Part shown: positions 1-11,304 of the stretch, one piece after another
How the letters are laid out: each line of letters opens with the position of its first letter
How positions within the stretch are numbered: the stretch's first letter is position 1
Origin: Phoronis australis
Taxonomy: Eukaryota; Animalia; Phoronida
DNA: 64,000 bases
Assembly: GCA_002633005.1 (NCBI GenBank)
Contig: NMRA01000444.1
Location: 161,456 to 225,455 of the forward strand
Direction of reading: 5' to 3'
Program-made: the position numbers and the translations under genes
Notes under the pieces: model-generated
Told to the model about the DNA's origin: nothing
What the model saw: only the letters and a program-made list of their open reading frames with translations
The model's database searches: none

Positions 1-21
1 TGACACAAACTCGTGCTAGTG

Positions 22-239
22 TATTTATAGCCTAATGCATTGTTCTGGAACTTCAATTCAAGCAGATTCTAGAACTTTCCTGAACCTACCCAATCATTCT
101 ACAAACATATACTAGTCTCTAGAATATTCGAGTCTGCATTAATCACTGTCATGCTAGAGTCTTCTAGAAAGTTCCACACTATACTGTAGTAAACAAATTA
201 CATCATCACTGTTCTGACCTCAGTCTTCTAGAAAGTTCC
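22..239 (-). promoter_or_regulatory. Heat-shock promoter: TATA box plus clustered heat-shock elements for a gene beyond the left edge
   Basis: TATAAATA on - at 22-29. Alternating nGAAn/nTTCn arrays: TTCtaGAActTTCctGAA 67-84 (4 units), TTCtaGAAagTTC 162-174 and 226-238 (3 units each), partial arrays at 43-50 and 117-129. Confidence 0.7.
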
Positions 240-283
240 ACACTATTTTGTAGTAAACAAATTACATCATCACTGTACTTAAC

Positions 284-1125
284 TCAGGGGTCATGCCAAT
301 CAAACAGAATAACAAAACAAAACAATGCAACTAAAAATACTGTCAGACCATATTCTGACAGACTCTCATTGATGAAAATGCTAGGCCTACCCGCATCTCC
401 TGATCGCAGCATTCTTCTGTTCCGGATAAACTCTGAACGGGCATTATATGTTGGTAATTTTACAATAGGACAAGGCTTCTGGCCCTGGGGGTTGACTTTA
501 CCCATTCTGTGCGAGCGGCTCAGTAATGTCCGATCTTTGGATGTTTACGTTCATCTTGGTCGCCAGGTCTATGACAATATCATTGTGCATTCACCCTGAG
601 TTTCGCTTTTCCCCGATATAAACACGTTAATTTCGGCGACTGTACTGTTGTTGGTCGTCAAACTCTCTTTCCAGGTTCGAAAATTTCTTCTGCATTTGAG
701 TTTTCAGATCATTTAGCTCAGAATTCAAAGCCGCAATCTCACGGTCACTCTCTCGTAACTCATCCACAAATTTCATCTTTATACCCTTGGCTAAGTCATT
801 CAATTTCTCATCAATCCACGTTTGATACATATTCTTAAACATTGCTGGACGTCAGGATCAAGAAAAGCTGCCTTCAAGTCATTCCTAATAGAGTCACCCT
901 CCGTAGCCGGCCATACCTTTTGCTGACTCCAAAGTTTCCTCTAAAGTTGGTTGCTTTAAACCAGTATTTCCAGCCGATTCTCTGAGTTGTGTGGTGTCCT
1001 TGCTCGGCTGACGCTTACGTGACGGTGTCTGCTTGCTCATTTCGGCGAAAACTTACAGTATCGGAGGGCTCACTCGCAGCAAGTACAAAACGTGTCCGTC
1101 CTCCATGACAGGTCGACCGGAAGTT
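284..1125 (-). mobile_element. Degenerate non-LTR retrotransposon ORF1 relic (coiled coil + RRM-like)
   Basis: ORFs 627-842 (coiled coil ending QQQYSRRN) and 284-505 (PIVKL...R...IFINESL) match LINE ORF1 motifs; broken by stops/frameshifts; ACTTCCGG-type 5' end near 1124. Confidence 0.65.
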
Positions 1126-1584
1126 GAGAGATGATTTTTTGACAATTTGAAGCTAATCTTGTAAGAAATGACAATACTTCAATGAACTTAATTGCAAGCC
1201 GACTTTGGGAAAACTTGATCTATCATCAGATCCCCAAATATAAAAGTACACTAAACGATTTTTGTTTATCTGAAATAAGTCTCAAGGAAATTAATGAATT
1301 TTGGACAACTCAACAATGAGTCCTAAAATGTTCTCACAATTCAAATGACAATAAATTGTTTATTGGCTTAGGAACTAGACTGCTGAGTTTAAGTTTACAA
1401 ACTGAAGATCGAAAACGAAGTTTAAGTACTTAAATAAATAAAATCAAACTTATCGGTCATCAACTTGGAAAGGTTGTCCTTGAACTTCGTTGATGTTTTT
1501 GGTTTCCAATGGTATTGCGCAATGAATTTTTGTTCTACAAAACTGAATCGTTGCTTGCATTTCCCGTGCACACTACACACACGG

Positions 1585-1818
1585 CATGCGTGCACCCAGC
1601 CTAAAATATAGGGGGACTCGAATTTTGAAGATGTGGATATTTTACTTAAAAAAACGAATACTGGGTTCGTCTAGGGCTATCGGAACTGTGCATACGCCGA
1701 ATCCTGTCGTTTTAGTGGACTTTTGTCTCATTTTTCTCGGGCTTTTTGTTTCGCTGAGGCAGACATTTTTGCTCACTTTGCCATCGAGCCCCCCGAGCNC
1801 CCCCTAGGTGCGTGCATG
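1585..1818. mobile_element. MITE, CATG-terminal family, copy 1
   Basis: Ends CATGCGTGCACC...GGTGCGTGCATG; 5-bp direct repeat CACGG at 1580-1584 and 1819-1823; homologous to 4027-4303 in reverse orientation. Confidence 0.7.
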
Positions 1819-2189
1819 CACGGAGCACGTGATGACAGGCACACCCACGTTAAAAATAAGGTGTAACCATGCAGTAGGTCCTGCGAACGGTTTAGGAGCT
1901 ATAGCCATAGGAGGCGCCACAGTAGCCGAAGTCATCGAAAAATCATCGTCATCCGTCCACTTCATAGTAAGAACACACATGCCAATTTTCGCAATCATCC
2001 TCTGTGCGTTTGGTTGATAGAGGGGTGGACGCAAAAAACAAACTTGAAAACAGTAAAAATGGCCACTACGTTGCGCAAACTACGTCGAATCCATCCGAAA
2101 ACGGAAAGATAGCGTCATAGACATCACTTAGTAGTATTAAAAATGTCTATGGACAGCGTCGTCTCACTAATATATGCCTATGTACCAAA

Positions 2190-2446
2190 TTTTATGAAAA
2201 TCTGTTGAGAACTTTGGAAGAAACAGAGGAAAGCGTAAAAAACAAAAATTGCCACCAGGGGGCACACCGGTAGTCGGATCCGTCCAAAAGTTCGCTCATG
2301 CCGTCCCATCCACGGAAGGAACACTTGTTCAAAATTTCATGAACATACGTCAAGGCGTTTTGGAGGCAGCGGACGCCGGACGCCGGACGGACGGACGGAA
2401 ATGACGGCATAATGCGTCCACACATAAATATGTGGGCGCATAAAAA
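2190..2446 (-). mobile_element. Helentron-associated element (HINE/DINE-1-like) 5' part
   Basis: On -: TTTTT, then ATGCGCCCACA with a nearby inverted partner (2412-2441), then a (GTCC)n microsatellite; left boundary approximate. Confidence 0.55.
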
Positions 2447-4026
2447 GGCAAAACTAACGGTAATTTTGCAAAATTGATATATTTTGATTCAAAAACAGAT
2501 CAATTTTTGGCTCCATCAATAAAACAGAATCGAAAACAAGCACGCAAACAATAACCAAAACAAGGCTTGTGAAAAAAATAAAGTCTGCTTTTGGATATTG
2601 TTTAGCTTCTGGAAAAAATGCTCAAATTTATCACAAAGAAGCAAGCGCAAGAATCTTCAAGAACTGGTATTGAATTTGCGACGGCCATGTGAGTGCAAAT
2701 TTCCAAAATCAGGGTCAAGCTCGAACCTCAAGCAAAAATAATTTTTCTATGTCCCAAAATACAAGAGGTTTTTGACGTTCTGTTTTTTCACAAAAAACTT
2801 TTTAAAAAAACGTTTCAGCAATTAGGATTTCCTTGCACCCAAGTTAGATCCACTTGCTTGCAAAATCGGTGACTCATGAGTCAGGCCATGTCTGTAAACT
2901 CTAGAAGCTCAGAATTGTGAACAGAATTCTGGACGGGTAGAAATCTTGACACTCTATTGCTGTGCCAATAATTCATGCACTCGTACAATAATTCACCTTC
3001 TCAGCAATGTCACAGCTCACACAAAACCCCTGTTTGGTTTGAGAAGCACAAACTGATTCAGGAAGCAGACATCTTAGAAATGACACGGACACAATACTTT
3101 CCTGTCATTTCAGAATTTACTACGTAAGCCAACACTGGCTGGGATGTATTATTATCGCCAGCCGACTAGAGCGACGTCTTTCGTGAAAACGGTCGTTTCC
3201 GTCACTGACTGGTCTGATTATACTGCACTGGCACCATAGACTAATGAGCATCTATGCTGGCACCTATAGTGGATAGCGAAATACTTTAGGCCATTTTTCC
3301 AACTAAACTAAGAAATTTACTAAATGTGGAAGTATACTCGTGGAAACAGCAGAAAATGAATTCTGAACACCTCTAGGATTTGATCCAAAGTTCCCGCATG
3401 TCCCCCTGAAGTAGCCCCGGACGTGAAAGATAGGAGGTCTTAGAAGTGCTTCATAGGATAATAACTGATCAAGCTCGGTCAAAACCGTTATGGTCACGCC
3501 GTCACGTGAGACTTTGTGTGCTTCTTCTAGAGCAATAACACAGTGTCAGAGCCCTAAAATTACCTCTAATTAGATTTAAGTTACAATTAGAGACCAATGG
3601 TAAGCGGCCAAGATCAAAGCTTGTTTTATGACAGTGAAAGCAAGGGTTTACTGTCGGTTTTGGTTACGTCTTGTCCTATAACATTAACATGAAAATCCCA
3701 AGTGTTGAGTGTGGTCCAGGTTAGCACTATCTGATCGCCGAACAGGTCACCTAAAAATAACATAAAAGTAACGAAAAAGAACTCTGCTCGGCGAAAGCAG
3801 CGTCGACACGTCATAGATTTACAAACGAAAACGCCTCCAAGTTGAATAAAGCATTTTTTATTCATGTCAAACAAATGAACAGATTCCTGGTTATGTTACA
3901 GAATTACGATGACTTTGATGACTGCAATGCGTGTGATACTAACTGTACATGTCTTCCAACCTCCTAAGGCTCACCTGACATATTCCGCAAACTTTTCTCA
4001 TGCACGGATCAGAACACGACATGCTA

Positions 4027-4303
4027 CATGGGCGCACCCAAGGGGGGGGGGGAGCTCGATGGACTCAAACGAGCCCTACAATTTGGCGAATTGGGCAAAA
4101 AGGTTCGCCTCAGTGAAACAAAAAGTCCGACTAAACGAGACAAAAGTCCACAAAATACACGGGAAGTCGGCGCGGATGCACAGTGCGTGGGCCTGAACCT
4201 AGTCAGGGGGTCCCGTTTTTTTAGTCCTCGTGGATTTCTTTCAGTAAAAGGTCCGCATACCAAAAATTCGAGTCCCCTATATTTTAGGCTGGGTGCGCGC
4301 ATG
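4027..4303. mobile_element. MITE, CATG-terminal family, copy 2
   Basis: CATGGGCGCACCCA...TGGGTGCGCGCATG; flanks TGCTA/TGCTG (4/5 TSD match); shares CAGCCTAAAATATAGGGG with copy 1. Confidence 0.7.
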
Positions 4304-4816
4304 TGCTGAGACGCAATTCATACAAAATAACCAAATGGCTTAGTTTCACGCCGGCGCAACAGAAACGCCACCTACACCATAGACTACAGTACATGTGTTG
4401 CCTATAATCTATGCCAACAACAACAGTGTACTTTCATCCATATTGAGATTCGCAAAAGTAATTTTCATTAACAGAGGCACTTCCCTAATTTTTGGAACCA
4501 TTTAAATTTCTAGGAAACAGTCCGGAAAACCGTGCGTACACCATGAACACAGTACGACGCAGAAATTACACGCTTGTTTATATTTTTACATCTGTTCAAA
4601 ATTGCCTCCAACGTGACGAGCACATATGCGTCTCCTTTTTGGTTAATCCAACAAACAACGCAAAAAGGTAGCCTGGGCCGAACACTGCAGAGGCGACAAG
4701 TACAACTGACAAACGGTTCGTTTGGTTGCTTCCAAATGGAAAATGAAATTACTATAATATGGAAACATAGAGGTCAAATCTTGCCTGAAGTTAGCCTAAC
4801 GTCGGGGCACAATGTT

Positions 4817-4935
4817 GCCGTGGGCGTGTAGCCTACTTAACAATAGTAGGGACACCAAGAAGCCGTGGGCGTGTAGCCTACAGAACAATAATAGCGACAC
4901 CATGTAGCCTTGGACGTGTAACATAACAATAGTAA
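4817..4935. repeat. Minisatellite, ~45-bp unit, ~3 copies
   Basis: Repeated GCCGTGGGCGTGTAGCCTAC...AACAATAGTAG. Confidence 0.7.
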
Positions 4936-7900
4936 GCAATAAGCCTGCCTTCCATCATAATCATTTTTTTACCACAAACCATTATGAAATTGGTCTGAAA
5001 TTATTACGTAGTCAAATTTGAGATGGTTTACTTTCCCAAAAAAATTAAATTTTGTAACTGAATGAAACGAGCCCTACACGTTGGCGTCTTACAGAGAGTT
5101 AATGCGTCCGACATGGTCTCAAGCAACAACAAAATGATAATTTGTCCAATCCCAGAAACCACGTCTCAGATACGTTGAACAAGTGAAGACTCTATAGAGC
5201 AGCAAGAGGAGGGTGGGGGGTTATATCCGACACAAACCATTTCGACTTCGCTAAACAACACCCCNTCAGTCACAAGTAATCATTTCAGTTTTGAAGAACA
5301 AAAATTCATTGCTCAATACTACTGGAAACTAAAACACCAAGAAAGTGCAAAGGCAACCTTTCCAAGCAATGAGTTTAATTTTATGTATTTAAGGATTTTA
5401 AAACGTTTTTTCTATCTACGGTTTGTGAGTCCGAATTTCATCAATGTCTTAGAGTTATTTTAGTTATGCAAAAATCGTCTATAAGTGTACTTTACTATTT
5501 GGGGATCTTATAGAGTTTTTCCAACTTCAAGCTGCAATTAAATTCTCTGAAACATCATCAGTTCTTACAAAATTAGCTTCTAATTGTAAAAAATAATCTA
5601 TGGATCTATCGATTTTCCTAGATGCATAAACAAGTAAATCAGAAACCAACGAATTTTTTATCAAAACGGAATGTTATAAGCAATTTCCGGGGGCCGGGAG
5701 ATGGGTATTCGTATTAAGGTGTATTTTTGCTCATTTCAGAGGTACCTATAACGGTTCGCGAGGTAAACTCGAACTCCACTGACAAAAATAACCGCTGAAA
5801 TCTTTGTTTATGATTGCGAGAGTTCTTTGAGTACCCCCTTTCGACATGTACACGGTGATCACAAATAGCCTAGACAGCTGTTTTCCACATGTGGGAATTC
5901 ATTACAAACACCTCATAGTAACCATCTTCCAAAGAGGTACTATTCTTGTGATACTACGGGAAACAGTAACATTATTTTATAACTAACCATCGGAAATAGT
6001 CCATTTGAGTAATTCGCAAATGGTGTTCACGTTTTTCACAAAATTCCACCCTTTCGATGGCGGCAATCCTACTGTATTTTTTCACATTTTTGGTCGTTTA
6101 GGTCGAATGGCTGTGCTGTGCACGAATGTTTTGTTTTTTGGTGAATTTGGAAACTATCGTGAATAGTTAGCAGTGTGTGATTTACATGTAGATGGACAAA
6201 GGGACATTTCCCCCGAACTGCTCCACCGAGAGAGGGTACCGTCTGAAATGGGACACCTTAAGATGAATGGCTAAACATCATTAAGCTTGGAAAAAAGAGT
6301 GACAGTGCATTCCACCGTTGTGTGGTCACAAAACGACGCAGTGGGTGACATCCTTCAAAATGAAAGCCGGTTGCACGATTTCACAAAAATACGTAAATAG
6401 AAGTAATCGATTTCAACATTGGGCCCTCTCTCCGTGAGCGGCCCCTTAAGAATTTGTCACTAAAAACACAAAAAGGATGGCCACTTCAATGTCATCCTTC
6501 AAGGGCGGGGCCCCTAAATATGAAAATATATGTTTTTCAAATATCAGGAAATGCGCAGCAATTGATGTTATCTGTCAGGTCATTCGAGAAAAATATAAAT
6601 CGGAGGTTGTCTCCGTTATCCCTTGCCAGAGAGGGGTATCTGGAAAAATATAGTTTTGCATTCGCAAAATTGACTTATTGAATTAAAAAATCCAGTAAAT
6701 TAGTACGCTCCGCAAAAGCTTCGCTTTACAAATTTTCTGGATTTTTGAAGTATGTGTATGATTGATTTCGTGCATGATTTTAAGTGCGTTTAGACGACCT
6801 GTGTACCAAAAGCGGAGACGCTAACGACAATGTCTTGCCCAGGGTCCCAAAAAGGGTAAACCATGCACTTATGTAGAGTTGTTAAAAGTTCTCTTGAAGT
6901 TTCTCTCATCCGTATTTCGCAGTCTTTCTTTTCTCGACTGTCCCCGGCCCAACGCCTATGTCGGTTATCACGGTTTAACACTGACGCCTGAAAAATTTTT
7001 TGGGGGGACCCCTGTCCCCCCGGCTTCCTTCGGCCCTGCCAAATGAACATTAAGACCCAAAAACAACCCGACCAGTCGATCAGCTGTCACACACCTTACG
7101 ATGTTTATTACCCGATCTCGAGTTACGAGCATTCATTGGTCCATACATGCTACCAGGAAGGACATGCCATCCCGACAATACATACAATCGGGACAACCAA
7201 TCACAGCATAATCCATATTCCGTTGTGTTTAGTGTGAAAAGTCATCAGACATTGTTACTCGTTTTCCCTTAGTTTATGATATAATATACCAAAGAATGGC
7301 TAGGTGTTGTTTTTGTGGTGGCCATGAAAATTCAGCATTTAAACATGCTTGTGACTATTTTCAAATTCCGCTGGGACATCAGAGAAGTGCGGATATGACA
7401 TACTTTTGTGGTGGCTTTAAGTACTGTTGGTTAGGTACCAACCATCTCAGCTGGCTTCCTCACCTGAAAGTTTGGGCTCAGCTATAACGTTCACTTTGGA
7501 TTAGCCAGCCAGGAGGACATAGCTCTCTATGTTATAGGCAGCCACTTGTTCTTAAAGTTATATGTATTCAGAACAACACACAAGTTTCGACTGATGACAA
7601 GATGGATTTGGCATACACAACAAAATAACTACATCATACACCATACAACAAGAATTATACACAAGATCTGTTACATTTAAAGCAATACACACCTTTTCAG
7701 TTTGTTTTGGGTGTGGAGACTAAATGAATTTTAGTTCTTTGGTAGTTGTTGCTACATGATAACTACTTAAAACCAATAACTCAAATGTAAGAATCCAAAG
7801 GTACATGTAACAATGTGATTCACATTTTGCATACAAGTAAATGTGCATCCACCACATGGGGAAAGTTGTCTTGCAGTTTCCAACCACATCAGTCTCCACA

Positions 7901-8707
7901 CTATTGCACTGACTCTTTGTGTGACCACTGACACTCCACCTATAGGCACTTTTAGCAAGGTTAGCAAAGCATGACTGGAAACTCCATCCTTTAGAAAACC
8001 TACATCATAAAATGACCTGGTGTATCTGACACACCAGATGTCAGACATACAGTACAAGCCAAAAGTATTCAGATATAATGACCCAGAATTCAAAATCATG
8101 GCTGGGCGAAAGCTGACAGAATTACCGATCAGAGTAGTCTCCCCTAATGGTCGAGAATGAAGGAGAATTACAGGACAGTTGCTATGGTGGCTAAGCCACA
8201 CTGTAATGAGAAGTTTTCCTTGATGATTATTACCAGACATATTAAAGGTAAACAAAATTAATAATCATGATGGCACTTTGTCTAATTGCTTTTGTCTTAC
8301 AAGCCAAATTTAAGAATTCCAAAGGTTTGGAAAAATGTTGCCTTCAGTCCAAAAACATTCCATTTACAATAAAGCACACTAAACTGAGCATATGTATTTC
8401 AATGATCTATACTGCTCCCAAGCAAATTATTCAGTAATAAATATAAGAACACTATTTATAATAAGTGATATAGGTAACGAAACCCTTTCAACAGTTCTGG
8501 GCTTCAGATTGAACACTCCTTTTTCCAAAAAACAGTCTTTCTTATATAAAGTAAGCATTAACTCTTCACAACATGGTGGAGAAGAGAAATTTATCACAAT
8601 TTCGGTGACATACCAGAACATTCGGTAAAGTCTTCACCATTTGCAGCAATATGATCAACCTTTGAAAAATACTTCTGTGTTAAATTACTAAAGAATTACA
8701 GTGTGCC

Positions 8708-8817
8708 CATTGTCCTACCACATACATCACCCAGTCATTGTCTTACCACATACATCACCCAGTCATTGTCCTACCACATACACCACCCAATCATTGTCCT
8801 ACCACATACATCACCAA
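8708..8817. repeat. Minisatellite, 28-bp unit (resumes at ~9530-9615)
   Basis: CATTGTCCTACCACATACATCACCCAGT, about 4 copies, same orientation on the far side of the 8826-9528 insert. Confidence 0.75.
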
Positions 8818-8825
8818 CATTACCG

Positions 8826-9528
8826 CAGAACGGTGAATGTTGACCAAGACCATGTTATCCATCTGACGTCACACGCATGCTGGCCCCTCCAGTGGAGGTA
8901 ATGAGAATTCGCACTGGTATACTAATTGGCCTACCCTTGTAGAACCTGCAGTTAGTTTACACAGCTGGTAACTCAACTCAGGGTGATGACACCATTTGTA
9001 TCAAAGATACTCTATATCTTTGTTTGTATGCCAGGACACAGACAGTGTTGTTCTTCAATGGAACTATTTACGGATGTGTAGGCGAATCTTTGTCAGGCAA
9101 ATGTGAGTCGATTTTGAACTAAAGGCATACTGTTTTGGTCGACATAACTTTCAAAATCTTAATCATGAGAAACTCAAACGTAAACACAACCTCTACATAC
9201 TAACGTGGCAGATCACAGTACAGTTGACACAGGACTTCAGGCACTCAACTGAACAAAATTATTTATCATGCCGCAACCTCAGAATTCACTACATAACATA
9301 TCACAAATACATTCTTAATTCTAAAATTTTGAGGATTGACGAAAGTCACGATATAGAGAATTATTTGTTACAAATCTATCTGTGACTCCTCTGATGCTAC
9401 TTAAAAGTAACAATAAGCTAAATCAGTGGTTAACTCAGTTCGCGAATTCTCATGACCTCCACTGGGGGCGCCAGCATGCTTGTGACATCAGATGGACAAA
9501 AGGGTCTTGGTCAACATTCACCATTCTG
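8826..9528. mobile_element. Non-autonomous DNA transposon with ~85-bp imperfect TIRs
   Basis: CAGAACGGTGAATGTTGACCAAGACC... at 8826 is reverse-complemented at 9443-9528; no clean TSD seen. Confidence 0.65.
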
Positions 9529-9862
9529 AATCATTACCCAAACACATACATCATCCACTCATTGTCCTACCACATACGCCACCCACTCATTATCCCACCA
9601 CATACACCACCCACTGCTACTAAGAATAATTCTCATGATTTTCAAATGTAAACAACAGAAAGGGCAATGTATAAAATACTCAAACGCAAACAATGGCAAG
9701 GTGACATGCAAGACATTTCAGGCATTTAGCCCTGCCGCAATTTATACTCAACTGATAAGAATACCCGAATTAAGTCAACTTGAATTTTTTTCAACTGATT
9801 AGGAAAGTTTTTGTGTAAAAATTGTGTAAAATAGTCACAAAATATACACAAGCATGCCCTCA

Positions 9863-9915
9863 CATGGGCGGCGCAGCACTGAAAAAGTATAGCCCCCTAT
9901 GATGCGCCGCCCATG
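9863..9915. mobile_element. 53-bp micro-MITE (CATG termini)
   Basis: CATGGGCGGCGCA...TGCGCCGCCCATG, 13-bp TIR; flanks CCTCA/TCTCA. Confidence 0.6.
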
Positions 9916-10270
9916 TCTCACTGTCAATTTCTATAATGTCCGTCCAATATTTCACACAACACTCCTCTATGGAGCATCACACATGGGAACACAAGGATTT
10001 CCTTGGACTTTTCTCCCATTTAAGTCTATTTTGGCTAGTGTTCACCACTGAGATGCAAGAAATAGAATTCTACGAAAAAATTACAAATAATATGACAATA
10101 TGAAAAGCATAATCTATCTAAATATTTTAGAGAGTACAGTAACACGCTAACACCACTCCACAACCACACTGTACGATAAATGACAGAACAGAACCTTAGG
10201 CACTCCAAGCACTTTATCAGGCACTGTACTTTTACAATGCATACAGAATTCTTACCAAGAAAGTCAAACT

Positions 10271-10742
10271 CAAGGGGGGAATCAGCAACTGGTCAGACAT
10301 AAGAACCACTTTTCCAGTCATCTGGACTGCAAAACCAAATGGCCGATGCAATGGCCTTACTTAAACAGATAGGTGGCTGGATCGAAAATACCATGGCCGG
10401 TGCCATAACCAGCTGGCGTTGACCATACACAGCGGCCAGACTTCCTCAGAGACTCGTTTTGAATGTCCCTAAGGATCCAAGAGACATCTAATGTTTATTT
10501 TCGTGTCCATTTGTTTTTGTTCAAAATCAGCAATTTGTTTGGCTATTGTGTTTGAGCACCAGCCAGCCCATTTTAGGTCCGGCCAACCATTTTTTTGTGA
10601 GCGGCCATCTGGTACCGGACACCCCGTGTTGAGGTTCGACCACCATGTTAGAACACTCGCCATTGGGTTTTGAAGTCCAACCAGTTGGCTTTGAAGTCCG
10701 TGCAAGTTGTCATGAAGTCCGACCAATTGCTGATTCCCCTTG
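10271..10742. mobile_element. MITE with CAAGGGG termini and 5-bp TSD
   Basis: CAAGGGGGGAATCAGCAACTGGTCAGAC...GTCCGACCAATTGCTGATTCCCCTTG; AAACT at 10266-10270 and 10743-10747. Confidence 0.75.
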
Positions 10743-11304
10743 AAACTACTGACAAACACAGGGTATCCTTACCACAAGCAAATATTGCACGTGTGTTAAC
10801 TGGTGGTCAGCAACAACATGGTGCTCATATTAGTGATTATTAATTCTTCATAGACTTAAATAACAGACAACAAATATTGTAATTTAACTCAGAGAAAATC
10901 AACACAGGAGGTTTAGGAGTGGAACTATAAAGTAGTGTCAGAACCAGAGAGTATACAAGCACCATTATGTAAGGCATTGTCATGCTGCAGTTTGCACAGA
11001 GTAATGACTCATAGCATGTGGGTTATGCAATTTGGTCACTAAAAACTATCTGTGGTAAGAGTACCAGTGTGTGGTAAAGTTCAGGATCTTTGTGCATGCG
11101 GCCTGTGGTAAGACTTCATTTCCCTGGTTTCATAACGGAACAGAACCCTAGATAGGTCAATTCAGTTTAATGTACAATATGCATAAATAATAGACACTAC
11201 GATTTTGGCAGATCCATCAGGAACACCACCACAGAATAGCCGAATTTATCATAAGATCACTGTCTCCATTGGTGACAAGACCCTTCAAGTAACGCTCAGT
11301 TTCA

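Noticed and set aside
1585-4303. One 2.7-kb foldback element bounded by inverted repeats
   Set aside because: Each arm has its own TIRs and TSD, so these are two independent MITE copies.
7767-8255. 162-aa minus-strand ORF
   Set aside because: Non-ATG start, no recognisable motif, no splice context.
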